From Basidiobolus meristosporus CBS 931.73 (Eukaryota; Fungi; Basidiobolomycota), in the NCBI GenBank assembly GCA_002104905.1, contig MCFE01000301.1:35545-99544 (forward strand): 64,000 nt of DNA. Reading direction: 5' to 3'. Shown here piece by piece: positions 26,701-38,538 of the stretch. The position numbers and the translations under genes are program-made. Every line of letters starts with the position of its first letter. Positions within the stretch are counted from its first letter, which is position 1. The notes under the pieces are model-generated. The model saw nothing but the letters and a program-made list of their open reading frames with translations. It was not told where the DNA came from and did no database searches.

Positions 26701-27221
26701 CCGGCGACCTAGCGGTTTGTTTCGACGAGAAGCTGGTTGTGCCTGGGTACGAAGCGTACATAGTGGAGGCCAGACGGTTGAAGCATGAATACGATATAAT
26801 CCTCAGAGATCTGATGAACCAGTATGAAATCAAGACCGAGGGTGAGGTGATCTCGGGGTATATCCAGACCTTCCCATCGATGGCGAGCCGTAAAAAAGAT
26901 AAGTTCGTCCTTAGAGAAACCCTCGGGAACGTGGTCAACGCTATATGGAAAGCCTTTCGGGAGAAATTCGACGACTTTTCAGCCGCTGCTGCCGATGACC
27001 AATGGCGCAGGAGAAAAGCCAGTGCCTGGTACTATGTGACATGTCATCCAGACGAAATCGAGCTACAGAAGAATAGGGAATATTGGGGAGTTGATGATAC
27101 AGACACCCCGGTGGCCTGTGCGACAATCATGCACAGGCAGGACGAAAAGCCGACATTCCTCTCGTTTCCCTGGATTGTTCACGATATATTGCGGCTGATC
27201 TTGGAGTCAGAGAATCTTTAA
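23721..27221 (+). CDS. Cellular RNA-dependent RNA polymerase (RNAi type)
   Basis: FLAFSSSQLR, ARMGQCFSST, FSDGIGKI, QIRLGGYKGVL, RSPCLHPGD, catalytic SGGDLDGDTY. A short exon 1 (23721..23738) splices in frame to 23805. Confidence 0.95.
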
Positions 27222-27297
27222 TCATCCATTAAACAAGGTGTATGATATATGTACAGAGATATAAATCGTGAATACAAGGAGTCTATCAATGCGTGTG

Positions 27298-28738
27298 TTA
27301 TGCGCCCTCTTCTGATGGCCCAATATGGAGCAAAGAATGGAATGCTATAGGAAGATGGGTGTCAACGTGGGTGAATGAAATGGGCATCGGGGTAGTACTT
27401 ACGTTGTCGACAAATTGGGCATTTGCTGCTCTGACATCTCAAAACCTCCGCGCATTCCTTGCACAAGCACATGTGTCGACATGGCAGGACCGTAGTGTCG
27501 CGGGGGTCCGACATACAGATGACACATTCGCGGGCGGAGTTGCTTTCGTTTGTATCCGAAGTGTCTGGATGCGGTGAAGATTCTGAATACCCGTATATTT
27601 CTTGTAGGATAAAGGAGGCACCGTTCATCTAGTGCATTCAAGGGTAGTTAGTTTCAAGAAGAAAAGGGTTCAGTTTATGGAGTACCTTGATCTTCTGTTT
27701 GAGTGGCTGGGTATCGTATACTCCACTGCTATTTACTGTCAACGTTGCAAATGTCGACAGTACATCAGGGACTGTGTCTGGATAAGGTGGGTTGGTTGGA
27801 TTGTTTGATACCACAGCGTTGGCTAGAGATACGTACCATCGGAAGTAACCGCTTCTAAAACAATTATCAGGGGATAGTACTCGCTACTCTGGCTGGCGGA
27901 ACTAGCCCCGTCTTCAATGACGATGCTATCCAGGACTGGCTCTTTGATTTCCACTTCGACGTCGCTCTCACTGCCTTGGTGGCTCTCTGGTTTCGGTGAA
28001 TCCATATTTTTTGGTGTATTCATAACCAGATCATCCGGTTGAAACTTGGTAACATTCAGCAATTGATCACTAGGCAAAGAGAAGTTTTGATTCAATCCTT
28101 TGGGGAACTCGTATGTCTGAAGGGTTTGTGACGGGTATTTGAGATGATAGCTATGGTGCAAGATGTGAGTGAACAGTCGACCTCCTGAACTTCCAAGAGT
28201 GACTATTTACCGAACACTGGCTTCCCCGTCCTCCCAAATTTCTTTAGCGCACCAATAGAGCTTAATTCTGCAAGGATACAAAGAATCAAACTTGAATTGA
28301 AGACTATATCTAATTCCAGTTACTCCATTCTCGTCTTGGAGATCTGTTTGAATAAGCTTCATGCTAGAGAGAAGGAGATTCACGCTTGCGTGAAATACTG
28401 TGCAGGAGGTCTTGATATGGTGAGTTTAGTACGAGTAATTCAGTATAGCACCTATGAAAAAGTACTACCTCTCGACCCAACGAATCATTTTGTTCAGCGA
28501 CGGTGCTTGTACCCTCCCCGTTTGCCTGGGTTCCTGGGTCTCTTTGTTGAGTGCTATCGTCGGGCAGGGCAAAATGAGGCCCAAAATATAACGCCTGAGA
28601 CAAGGAAAGATCCGCGATTTCTGGCATTCTGAAATTTTCCCCTTCCCCGTCATTATTGTTACTAGGCTGTTCCCTAGGAGGATGATAAAAAAGAGAACGG
28701 ATTCGCGCCGACAAATTGTCTAAAGTAGTATTGGGCAT
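27298..28738 (-). CDS. MGRN1/RNF157/LOG2-like C3HC5 RING E3 ligase
   Basis: [84 protein letters not shown]; several GT-AG introns. Confidence 0.88.
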
Positions 28739-29126
28739 TTTACTTGTGGAAGGGACTATGCAGCAGGTTGAGGGCAAGTGAGAAACCTATTCTTGGTATA
28801 TATCTCGTCTATTCTGAATGTGACGCCCACATTGTCCACGATTTACAATTAATCATGTAGAACTCATACCCCCTAAGTGAGTATCAATTCGAGAAATCCC
28901 ATTATAATTTGACGTAAAAACGGTGACCATCCTGACTATAGGCGGAATATTATACCAAAGCTGAATTCAAGGTTTTAGTTCTCTGAAGTTAAAGAAATTT
29001 AGAAATGAGATTTGTTCCGATTATGGATATTCCCCTTCAGCCATACATGATATATGAAAATCATTCGTTCACACTCAATGTTGATAGATCGTTTTATTTA
29101 CATGCAAATATGGTCGATATTTGCTT

Positions 29127-29418
29127 TTAATTCGAGTTAATGTTCATTCTTGCATCACCTTTGGTGGCTCCAGCTTTCCCCTCGGCTTGCATCTGCTCAT
29201 TGCCAATGGCTGAGCCTACGGTGTCCTTGACATTGACCCTTCAACTTCTCACCAGCTCCTTGGGCGTATCCTTGGGCTTGGGCTGCCTTGTACTCGGCAT
29301 CAGCTTGAGCTTGCTTGGCTGCTCCTTCGGCCTTCATTTGCTCGTTTCCAATAACGTTTCCGGCGGTTTCTTGGACGTAACCAGTGGCGTATTTGATGTT
29401 AGCGTTAACTTTATCCAT
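29127..29418 (-). pseudogene. CsbD/Hmp1-like copy 1, +1 frameshift
   Basis: 292 bp instead of 291; an extra base in GGTCAATGTCAAG (other copies GGCAATGTCAAG) shifts the C-terminal third. Could be a sequencing error. Confidence 0.8.
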
Positions 29419-29846
29419 GTTCAAATGTTATCAATTAGATGATTTTGCTTCTGCAGTTCTTCGGCTCTTTCATTTTATAAGGCCTTCCCCGAAGATCTAT
29501 GACGAAATCGTCTGGGTATTTCATGATGTCAATGTATGAAATTTTCATTAAAAATGATGGAAGAGTTTGTAAGTTTTGATACTGGTTTCACATAAATTTA
29601 AGCCTCCATTCGATCAAAGCGATGCTTTTGGTATGGTGTATATGTTGATGCTTCCAAGTAAGTAGAACCACTTTGATGGTCATCATGGATTGTGATTTGT
29701 GCTTACGCGGTATAGACGCATCGGCTCATATAATCGAAATGATTTAATGTTGTTCCTTTGAAGTATACATAATCTCATTTAACCTCCACCACAACGCATT
29801 ATATTTCACAATTCTTATTTATTTACATGAACTTCGTGTCAAGATT

Positions 29847-30137
29847 TTAGTTGGCATTGAGATTCATTCTGGCATCCCCTTTAGTAGCACCGGCCTTTCC
29901 TTCAGCCTGCATCTGCTCATTACCAATGGCTGAGCCTACAGTGTCCTTTACATTACCCTTCAGCTTCTCACCAGCTCCTTGGGCGTATCCTTGGGCCTGG
30001 GCTGCCTTGTACTCGGCATCAGCTTGAGATTGTTTGGCTGCTCCTTCGGCCTTCATTTGCTCGTTTCCAATGATACTACCAGCGGTTTCCTGAACATAAC
30101 CAGCGGCGTATTTAGCATTAGCGTTGACTTTATCCAT
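29847..30137 (-). CDS. CsbD/Hmp1-like protein copy 2 (96 aa)
   Basis: Intact ORF MDKVNANAKYAAGY...MNLNAN. Confidence 0.9.
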   Translation of the reverse strand: MDKVNANAKYAAGYVQETAGSIIGNEQMKAEGAAKQSQADAEYKAAQAQGYAQGAGEKLKGNVKDTVGSAIGNEQMQAEGKAGATKGDARMNLNAN

Positions 30138-30534
30138 GTTGCTTTATAGAGGGGATATGGTTTGTTTCTAACCTTTCTACTCACAGCAGAACATAATTTA
30201 TATCTTTAGCAACCGAGTTAAGAGTAACTTGATATTGATACACCAATGATTCATTTTTTCATATTTATCTCTATTAAGGATATACTAGTGATGTCAGACA
30301 TACGATTGTCTGTTTCATCTAGCACCTCGATACCATATTAACATAGATAAGTTGCGTCAAGACGATTTGACGTCAGCAATACACGCGCTAAGGTAATCTA
30401 GACTAAGTGATGTGTGAGTGAAAAATGTATCAATAGATCATTGCCTATAGGCTGGATCTATATAAGACTGGCAAGATGAGAGGGGAACACATATAACATA
30501 ATCCTCCCCGCACTCATTGCAAAAACAGCTCGCT

Positions 30535-30825
30535 ATGGATAAGGTCAACGCTAACATCAAGTACGCTACCGGTTACGCCCAAGAAACTGCTGGAAACGTT
30601 CTCGGAAACGAGCAAATGAAGGCCGAAGGAGCAGCCAAGCAGGCCCAAGCTGATGCCGAGTACAAGGCAGCCCAGGCCCAAGGATACGCCCAAGGAGCTG
30701 GTGAGAAGCTGAAGGGCAATGTCAAGGACACCGTAGGCTCAGCCATTGGCAACGAACAGATGCAAGCTGAAGGCAAGGCAGGAGCTACCAAGGGAGATGC
30801 TAGAATGAACATTAATTCTAATTGA
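30535..30825 (+). CDS. CsbD/Hmp1-like protein copy 3
   Basis: Intact 96-aa ORF, TATA (TATATAAG) upstream. Confidence 0.9.
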   Translation: MDKVNANIKYATGYAQETAGNVLGNEQMKAEGAAKQAQADAEYKAAQAQGYAQGAGEKLKGNVKDTVGSAIGNEQMQAEGKAGATKGDARMNINSN

Positions 30826-30850
30826 AACCAGCAATATATACCAAATTCAA

Positions 30851-30858
30851 TGTAAATA
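30851..30858 (+). promoter_or_regulatory. 3'UTR TGTAHATA (Pumilio/Puf3-type) element overlapping AATAAA; representative of a motif found after most array copies
   Basis: TGTAAATA or TGTATATA lies about 10-60 nt after the stop in copies 1-10, 12, 14-18 and 20-22 (e.g. 34114, 35486, 39258; minus strand 31973, 37063). Confidence 0.65.
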
Positions 30859-31216
30859 AAAGTGTGAATCTACTTAACTTCATAAATCTTGACGACAAGT
30901 ATATCATGGCTATTAAAATGAATATATCACACTGATAATACTCATGCATGTCAACTTCTGTGACATATGAGTTCTTTCAGTAGATATACAAGAGATCATG
31001 TATAACTCGAATTTAACTATTCCCTTTATATGTGGTAATATACGTGATCATAAAATTTCAAGTGGAAGACGTAGAAAATCCAATCATCGCATGCCAAAAA
31101 ATCTCAGAGTAATGGAAGACAAAGGCCCATTTATTTTCAATTATAGATCATTACTCAGATGTAGCTAATAAAAATTTAACTATATATACACACATTACTC
31201 CGGTTACGAGAGTAAC

Positions 31217-31507
31217 CTAATCTGAGTTGAGATTCATTCTAGCATCTCCCTTGGTAGCTCCTGCCTTGCCTTCAGCTTGCATCTGTTCGTTGCCAATGGC
31301 TGAGCCAACAGTGTCCTTAACATTGCCCTTCAGCTTCTCACCAGCTCCTTGAGCGTATCCTTGGGCCTGAGCTGCCTTGTACTCGGCATCAGCTTGAGCC
31401 TGCTTGGCTGCTCCTTCAGCCTGCATCTGTTCGTTTCCGAGAACACTTCCGGCGGTCTCTTGGACGTAACCAGTGGCGTACTTGATGTTGGCGTTGACCT
31501 TATCCAT
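31217..31507 (-). CDS. CsbD/Hmp1-like protein copy 4
   Basis: Intact 96-aa ORF. Confidence 0.9.
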   Translation of the reverse strand: MDKVNANIKYATGYVQETAGSVLGNEQMQAEGAAKQAQADAEYKAAQAQGYAQGAGEKLKGNVKDTVGSAIGNEQMQAEGKAGATKGDARMNLNSD

Positions 31508-32002
31508 GTTGACTTGTTTGCTTTGAAGAGTATGTAAATTATTATCAAACCTCGCTGGAATATTGCCAACCTTATATAGGTCTACATACACGCTAAGCTG
31601 CTTACTGTAATTAGCAACTCGCGTAAATTAATGACGCTATGTTCCTGGGTATCGTATGATTGACATCAACTATACCTCTTATGGAAATGATCTCGATGCT
31701 GTCCAAGTTACAAATGGTGATTGCTCACTCTATACAGAGATGCTAAGTTTCAGGTCGGAGAGCTGGGGCTCTAGAAAATGCGAAGCCTCTATGTTTCCAA
31801 CACACCATCGTACACCATACAAGGGCTGGTAGGGTTTTTTATATAATCCACATAATTACGGTCCTGACAGTATAGTTGGATATAGTGACACAGACGGTCC
31901 ATTAGCCATATACCAGTTAGAAATTCGAGTTTATATAACGAATGAATGCTAGTTAAGTTGGATCAACAGGTGTATTTACACAGAAACTATTTTGAACATA
32001 AT

Positions 32003-32293
32003 CTAGTCGGAGTTGAGATTCATTCTGGCCTCTCCCTTGGTGGCTCCGGCCTTTCCTTCAGCTTGCATCTGCTCGTTGCCGATGGCTGAGCCTACGGTGT
32101 CCTTGACATTGCCCTTCAGCTTCTCACCAGCTCCTTGAGCGTATCCTTGGGCCTGGGCTGCCTTGTATTCGGCATCAGCTTGGGCCTGCTTGGCTGCTCC
32201 TTCGGCTTGCATTTGCTCATTTCCGATGACATTTCCAGCGGTCTCCTGAACGTAGCCAGTGGCGTACTTGATGTTAGCATTGACTTTATCCAT
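32003..32293 (-). CDS. CsbD/Hmp1-like protein copy 5
   Basis: Intact 96-aa ORF. Confidence 0.9.
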   Translation of the reverse strand: MDKVNANIKYATGYVQETAGNVIGNEQMQAEGAAKQAQADAEYKAAQAQGYAQGAGEKLKGNVKDTVGSAIGNEQMQAEGKAGATKGEARMNLNSD

Positions 32294-32557
32294 GGCGAAT
32301 TTTTTGGTACGGGACTAGAGGTGCAGAGAACTTTGCGTATGCAACTTCAAGAATCTTGATAGTCTTATATAGAGCTGGGTTAGTAGCAATGATTCACCCA
32401 TTTACTACGCATTCACATGCCTACCAACCTAGATTCATTGAGATTGATTGTAATAAAGCAATTTGACGTCAACAATTGCTGATGTCATCCATCTCATTAT
32501 CAGATTTGAACTTTCATCACCAACACTATCATAAGAAATCACAAAAAAGAACTCCTC

Positions 32558-32700
32558 ATGGATAGTCCACGCTAACATCAAGTACAATGATACTTGATCT
32601 ACAAGACCGCCGAAAATGTCTTCAGAAAAGACCGAACACAAGCCGAGGGTGCATTTAGGCATGCCCACGCTACAGTGCGTGCCAAGGAGTCGGTGAGTGA
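32558..32700 (+). pseudogene. Highly decayed CsbD/Hmp1-like relic
   Basis: ATGGATAGTCCACGCTAACATCAAGTAC... and KTAENVFRKDRTQAEGAFRHAHA align with the family 5' half. It lies head-to-head with copy 5. Confidence 0.7.
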
Positions 32701-32927
32701 CATGAATATGGTTCACAATCGATTTTATTTTCATAAATTTCCTCTGTATTGGATAAATAAACAACCGGCATGCTGTCATATGATGCGATGGTTTATACTA
32801 CACCACCAACTCCACTATACTCGATTGACACTTGGATAAACTAATGTGTTGGTGGACACCTCAATACTACTGGTAACCATGACTTTTTATTTACAATGGT
32901 AACATTTGGCAGGAAATAACTCGAGGT

Positions 32928-33218
32928 TTAATCAGAGTTGAGGTTCATTCTAGCCTCTCCCTTGGTGGCACCGGCTTTGCCTTCAGCTTGCATCTGCTCG
33001 TTACCAATGACTGATCCTACAGTATCCTTGACATTGCCCTTTAGTTTCTCACCAGCTCCTTGGGCATATCCCTGGGCCTGAGCTGCCTTGTACTCAGCAT
33101 CGGCTTGGGCTTGCTTGGCTGCTCCTTCGGCTTGCATCTGCTCGTTTCCGAGAACACTTCCGGCAGTCTCCTGAACGTAACCAGTGGCGTACTTGATGTT
33201 GGCGTTAACTTTGTCCAT
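32928..33218 (-). CDS. CsbD/Hmp1-like protein copy 6
   Basis: Intact 96-aa ORF. Confidence 0.9.
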   Translation of the reverse strand: MDKVNANIKYATGYVQETAGSVLGNEQMQAEGAAKQAQADAEYKAAQAQGYAQGAGEKLKGNVKDTVGSVIGNEQMQAEGKAGATKGEARMNLNSD

Positions 33219-33778
33219 GATAATTCGGCGTGAAGTGTTTGTTGAATGACATTTGCTCGTCCAAAGCTCCTTATTTATAAGATGGTTCCATACGATGTGA
33301 TTCGATATATAGAACATATCCGGTAGTTGACACGTAAGTTATTGCACTCATTTTCATATGATATACCGGAGTTCGAAGCCATCCTCAAACGAATGATTAA
33401 AATCACAGTACCGTGGTACAGGAGTGTGACGTAGCAGTGCGATCTAGAGACAGTTGAAATGGTCTCCAAGTACAATGAGCTTCGGCTTCTAGTTTAATGA
33501 AGGGAGTCCGTTCGCCACTGCATTAAAGAAATAGGAAACCATTACGTGTCATTCGAATTCCTGAAATCGATTGGCAACGGCGAATCGAGTCATCGTCATC
33601 TCATAGCAATAATAGAAACGAATGATCTCACACCTGCAACGTCATACATGAATGTTAAGAATCGATTGACCCTCAGCTCTGGCATGAATACATGCATTTA
33701 CCAAAGGTACAAGGTTATATAAGAAAATGAATCTACTGCTCGCTCTGACATTGTAAGCTGTTAGCAGTCCGGAATAAC

Positions 33779-34090
33779 ATGGATAAGATCAACGCAAACA
33801 TCAAGTACGCCACTGGTTACGTTCAGGAGACTGCCGGAAGTGTTATTGGCAACGAACAGATGCAAGCCGAAGGAGCAGCCAAGCAGGCTCAAGCTGATGC
33901 CGAGTACAAGGCAGCCCAGGCCCAAGGATATGCCCAAGGGGCTGGTGAGAAGCTGAAGGGCAATGTCAAAGACACCGTAGGCTCAGCCATTGGCAACGAG
34001 CAGATGCAGGCAGAAGGAAAAGCCGGAGCTACCAAGGGAGAGGCTAGAGATATCATCAGAGATCATAGGATGAATCTGAACTCCGACTGA
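33779..34090 (+). CDS. CsbD/Hmp1-like protein copy 7 (103 aa, 7-aa insertion)
   Basis: In-frame 21-bp insertion at 34049..34069 (DIIRDHR). Confidence 0.88.
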   Translation: MDKINANIKYATGYVQETAGSVIGNEQMQAEGAAKQAQADAEYKAAQAQGYAQGAGEKLKGNVKDTVGSAIGNEQMQAEGKAGATKGEARDIIRDHRMNLNSD

Positions 34091-34469
34091 TTGTGTTCCA
34101 AATAGTTTCAGTGTGTAAATAAACCAAGCCAAATAAATCTATCAATTACCGTCTCAATTTTCCTAATTATCCCGTTTACATCTGACCCTTAGTGAGTACC
34201 AATTCAGGGAATAAGTGATAACTATGTTTGTTAGGCAAATGATACTTCATTTGTTTGGACGTATTTCTCAAAGGTCCACCGCGTTGCACAATATCCATGC
34301 TGACTTATCTACAGCGGATGGAATTGTGTTTCCTGTTCGTCGAATCTTACACAAAGAAGATACTTGGCTAAGAAGATTGTAGTTTTTTTAAATCATGTCT
34401 CACTGAAGAATTGCCAGTGGAAGTATAGGTGTTTATTTACATCGCAGTATTTGGTGTGATCGTATGATT

Positions 34470-34760
34470 TTAGTCGGAGTTAAGATTCATCCTAGCCTCT
34501 CCCTTGGTAGCTCCGGCTTTTCCTTCTGCCTGCATCTGCTCGTTGCCAATGGCTGAGCCTACGGTGTCCTTGACATTGCCCTTCAGCTTCTCACCAGCTC
34601 CTTGGGCGTATCCTTGGGCCTGGGCTGCCTTGTACTCGGCGTCAGCTTGGGCCTGCTTGGCTGCTCCTTCGGCTTGCATCTGTTCGTTTCCGAGAACACT
34701 GCCGGCGGTCTCTTGGACGTAACCAGTGGCGTACTTGATGTTGGCGTTGACTTTATCCAT
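34470..34760 (-). CDS. CsbD/Hmp1-like protein copy 8
   Basis: Intact 96-aa ORF. Confidence 0.9.
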   Translation of the reverse strand: MDKVNANIKYATGYVQETAGSVLGNEQMQAEGAAKQAQADAEYKAAQAQGYAQGAGEKLKGNVKDTVGSAIGNEQMQAEGKAGATKGEARMNLNSD

Positions 34761-35167
34761 GTTGATTTGTGATTTGATTTGATTCTTGCATTCTCTGCCT
34801 GATAATGCTCATTATTTATACATCCGCAACATCCCACCGGATTCCAAGCAAAAAATTCATGAATGTCTACATATAGAAACCTGCCCATCCGTTTTGCCTA
34901 ACCGCTTTGATGTCAGCCCCATTTGACGTCACCAACACCCTGGCCGTAAACGGCACATGTATGATGTCAGTCATACTAATCTCAGATTCATGTCGCAATC
35001 CAACCTCGTCACCATGGGTACTTGCATCATTAATCTAAGCTATTCTACGTTGGGTAGTGTGCATGGAAGATGTTGAATGAACAAGTATATAAGGATCGGT
35101 GTGTTTAGCGAAGCACACACAAACGTACATACACACATACACACACTCACCAGACATAACAATCGAG
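34761..35167. promoter_or_regulatory. Shared ~400-bp bidirectional promoter between head-to-head copies (also 36133..36531, 38539..38938 and, inverted, 40240..40644 and 41631..42019)
   Basis: Near-identical intergenic sequence in five cassettes. TATA-like boxes face each gene (TTTATACA on the plus strand, TATATAAG), with a central TGACGTCA at 34924-34931 and flanking TGATGTCA. Confidence 0.8.
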
Positions 35168-35458
35168 ATGGACAAAGTCAACGCCAACATCAAGTACGCC
35201 ACTGGTTACGTCCAAGAGACCGCCGGCAGTGTTCTCGGAAACGAACAGATGCAAGCCGAAGGAGCAGCCAAGCAAGCTCAAGCTGACGCCGAATATAAGG
35301 CAGCCCAGGCCCAAGGATATGCCCAAGGTGCTGGTGAGAAGCTGAAGGGTAATGTGAAGGACACTGTAGGCTCAGCCATCGGTAATGAGCAGATGCAAGC
35401 TGAAGGAAAAGCCGGAGCAACCAAGGGAGAGGCTAGAATGAATCTTAACTCAAACTAA
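35168..35458 (+). CDS. CsbD/Hmp1-like protein copy 9
   Basis: Intact 96-aa ORF. Confidence 0.9.
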   Translation: MDKVNANIKYATGYVQETAGSVLGNEQMQAEGAAKQAQADAEYKAAQAQGYAQGAGEKLKGNVKDTVGSAIGNEQMQAEGKAGATKGEARMNLNSN

Positions 35459-35841
35459 ATTTTTGGTATTATACCAATACTATTATGTAAATAAACACTC
35501 TTATTTCCCACAAAATATATTTTGGTTAATGGTTATCTTATAGAACTAAAATCTTTTCAACCATGTTTCTACTTTCTAAAGATATTTGATGAGTGTAAAG
35601 AAATATACCAACATGTAGTCTAGGGATTTTATTCGGAGTATGGTGTAATGGAATGGTCGCTTTAAATACTTGATCAACAAACCAAAGTACTACCTGTTTG
35701 TAAGTTTTTGTAGGCTTTTCTTCCCTGAATAGATCTGCATTTAGGGTCAGGTGGAAACGGAATATTAAGAAAAAATTCAAACTGTGATCGACAGATTCCT
35801 TTGACTTGGTTTATTTACACTGACACTATTTGGAACAGAAT

Positions 35842-36132
35842 CTATTCGGAGTTGAGATTCATCCTAGCCTCTCCCTTAGTAGCTCCGGCTTTTCCTTCAG
35901 CCTGCATCTGCTCATTGCCAATGGCTGAGCCTACGGTGTCCTTAACATTGCCCTTCAGCTTCTCACCAGCTCCTTGGGCATATCCTTGGGCCTGGGCTGC
36001 CTTGTACTCGGCGTCAGCTTGGGCCTGCTTGGCTGCTCCTTCGGCTTGCATCTGCTCGTTTCCGAGAACACTGCCGGCGGTCTCTTGGACGTAACCAGTG
36101 GCGTACTTGATGTTGGCGTTGACTTTATCCAT
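35842..36132 (-). CDS. CsbD/Hmp1-like protein copy 10
   Basis: Intact 96-aa ORF. Confidence 0.9.
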   Translation of the reverse strand: MDKVNANIKYATGYVQETAGSVLGNEQMQAEGAAKQAQADAEYKAAQAQGYAQGAGEKLKGNVKDTVGSAIGNEQMQAEGKAGATKGEARMNLNSE

Positions 36133-36531
36133 GTTGGTTTGTGATTTGATATGATTCTTGCATTCTCTGCCTGATAATACTCATTATTTATACATCCGCA
36201 ACATCCCACCGGATTCCAAGCAAAATTCACGAATGTCCACATTTGGAAACCTGCCCATCCGTTTTACCTAACCGCTTTGATGTCAGCCCCATTTGACGTC
36301 ACTAACACCCTGGCCGTAAACGGCACATGTATGATGTCAGTCATACATTTCTCAGATTCATGTCGCAATTCAACCTCGTCACCATGGGTACTTGCATCAT
36401 TAATCTAAGCTATTCTACGTTAGGTAGTGTGCATGGAAGATGTTGAATGAACAAGTATATAAGGATCGGTATGTTTAACCAAGCACACACAAACGTACAT
36501 ATACACACACTCACCAGACATAATAATCGAG

Positions 36532-36822
36532 ATGGATAAAGTCAACGCCAACATCAAGTACGCCACTGGTTATGTCCAAGAGACCGCCGGAAGTGTCCTC
36601 GGAAACGAACAGATGCAAGCCGAAGGAGCAGCCAAGCAAGCTCAAGCTGACGCCGAATATAAGGCAGCCCAGGCCCAAGGATATGCCCAAGGAGCTGGTG
36701 AGAAGCTGAAGGGCAATGTTAAGGACACCGTAGGCTCAGCCATCGGTAACGAGCAGATGCAAGCTGAAGGAAAGGCCGGAGCAACCAAGGGAGAGGCTAG
36801 AATGAACCTCAACTCGGACTAA
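36532..36822 (+). CDS. CsbD/Hmp1-like protein copy 11
   Basis: Intact 96-aa ORF. Confidence 0.9.
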   Translation: MDKVNANIKYATGYVQETAGSVLGNEQMQAEGAAKQAQADAEYKAAQAQGYAQGAGEKLKGNVKDTVGSAIGNEQMQAEGKAGATKGEARMNLNSD

Positions 36823-37081
36823 AATTTCTTGATAATCAGTAAAAATTGTATAAATAAAGCTACATCTCCGTCAAAGACACGTCAGTTATCTATTTGGGGT
36901 TACTTAAGGATATGAAAAATGACATTGATTTTGAATATGAATACCTTTCAAGTCGAAAGTACGTGTCGTAGAGAATATGCATTGGAGACTAATAAGTTAC
37001 GGCCGTATTAAATAAGTTCGCTATATAAATGGTGAACTAAGTTGTTGACATAAAACCTGTAGTATATACAATTGGCTTTTA

Positions 37082-37792
37082 TTAATATTTGCTAGGCAGC
37101 TTTGGTTTAGGATTTACATTCAATGTATCATCTTTGGTCGCTTCTGTCTTTCCTTTAGTACTAATCTGCTCTGTGTCCTTATCTGCATTATCCTTGGCAT
37201 TACCGTTCAGTTTCTCATCAGCTGCATGAGGATGCATTTTGGCTGCCGTGTACTCGGCATCGGCTTGAGCCTGCTTGGCTGCTCCTTCAGCTTGTAATCG
37301 CTCGTTCCCGAGAATATTTCCAGCGGTTTCTTGGACATAGCCAGTAACATACTTAACGTTTGCATTGAGTTTTTCATTACTGGTGACCGAACCAATAGTA
37401 TCTTTGGCATATGCCTTGAGTTTTTCCCCTGTGCCCTCCGATTCTCCCTGTACTCGAGCAGCATCGTTTTCGGAATTGGCGCAGGCTTGGTTTGCTACCC
37501 CTTCAGCCTTTATTTGATCATTTCCGATAGTGTTGCCAGCAGCCTCTTGGGCATAACCAGTAGCATATTTGACGTTGGCGTTATCAACCACAGTATCAGA
37601 AGCATTGGTTATGCTGTCTTTCAGTTGTTTGCCTGAATTTCGGAGATTTTTTTGCTCGTGAGTAATCTGATTTTCGACTTCGGCTTGCTTTGCTGCTCCT
37701 TCTGCTTTCATTTTTTCATTGCCAAGGACGTTACCAGCGGTCTCCTGAATGTACCCTGCAGCGTACTTGATGTTAGCGTTGACTTTGTTCAT
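37082..37792 (-). CDS. Extended CsbD/Hmp1-like protein copy 12 (236 aa, internally repeated)
   Basis: Three NANxKYxxGYxQExAGN repeats joined by divergent linkers in a single ORF. Confidence 0.85.
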   Translation of the reverse strand: MNKVNANIKYAAGYIQETAGNVLGNEKMKAEGAAKQAEVENQITHEQKNLRNSGKQLKDSITNASDTVVDNANVKYATGYAQEAAGNTIGNDQIKAEGVANQACANSENDAARVQGESEGTGEKLKAYAKDTIGSVTSNEKLNANVKYVTGYVQETAGNILGNERLQAEGAAKQAQADAEYTAAKMHPHAADEKLNGNAKDNADKDTEQISTKGKTEATKDDTLNVNPKPKLPSKY

Positions 37793-38247
37793 GATCCTTT
37801 TTTTGCATACTTGGAATCCATACGGCCTATTTATATATCGATTCTAGCAGATGAAATCAGGCAAACCTAGTACGTGTTAGTGGTGACTGGTTCTGTTGGT
37901 TGTGCTTGACGTCAGTATTAAAACTTCAGTAATGAGCGTACTAATGATATCAGCCATGTAATACTCAGATCTGATTATCACTAGACCAGATTGTGTGTGT
38001 TGATAACCGTAACTCAAACTAAATGGATTGAAAACAGTTAACAATGATTAAACGAGTTCTGGCCTTCATAATCTATAACCATCATAGAGGTCCGTACACT
38101 AGGAACAATCTCTAGTCTCCACAATGAGTGGTAGACATGTACACATTCAACTTTGATTAAGGTAGTAATTAGTTTTATTTAAAGGAATTGTGAATTTACA
38201 TAAAAGTTGCTTCTCTAAATAGTCCTGAACATTGGATGCTATTGCAT

Positions 38248-38538
38248 TTAGTCGGAGTTGAGATTCATCCGAGCCTCTCCCTTGGTAGCTCCAGCTTTTC
38301 CTTCAGCCTGCATCTGCTCGTTGCCAATGGCTGAGCCTACAGTGTCCTTGACATTGCCCTTCAGCTTCTCACCAGCTCCTTGGGCGTATCCTTGGGCTTG
38401 GGCTGCCTTGTACTCGGCATCAGCTTGAGCCTGCTTGGCTGCTCCTTCGGCTTGCATCTGTTCGTTTCCGAGAACACTTCCGGCGGTCTCTTGGACATAA
38501 CCAGTGGCGTACTTGATGTTGGCGTTGACTTTATCCAT
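38248..38538 (-). CDS. CsbD/Hmp1-like protein copy 13
   Basis: Intact 96-aa ORF. Confidence 0.9.
   Translation of the reverse strand: MDKVNANIKYATGYVQETAGSVLGNEQMQAEGAAKQAQADAEYKAAQAQGYAQGAGEKLKGNVKDTVGSAIGNEQMQAEGKAGATKGEARMNLNSD

Noticed and set aside
28268-28279. GTATCCTTG on the minus strand in the RING ligase gene
   Set aside because: It lies inside a coding exon (DSLYPC) whose frame is continuous and conserved.
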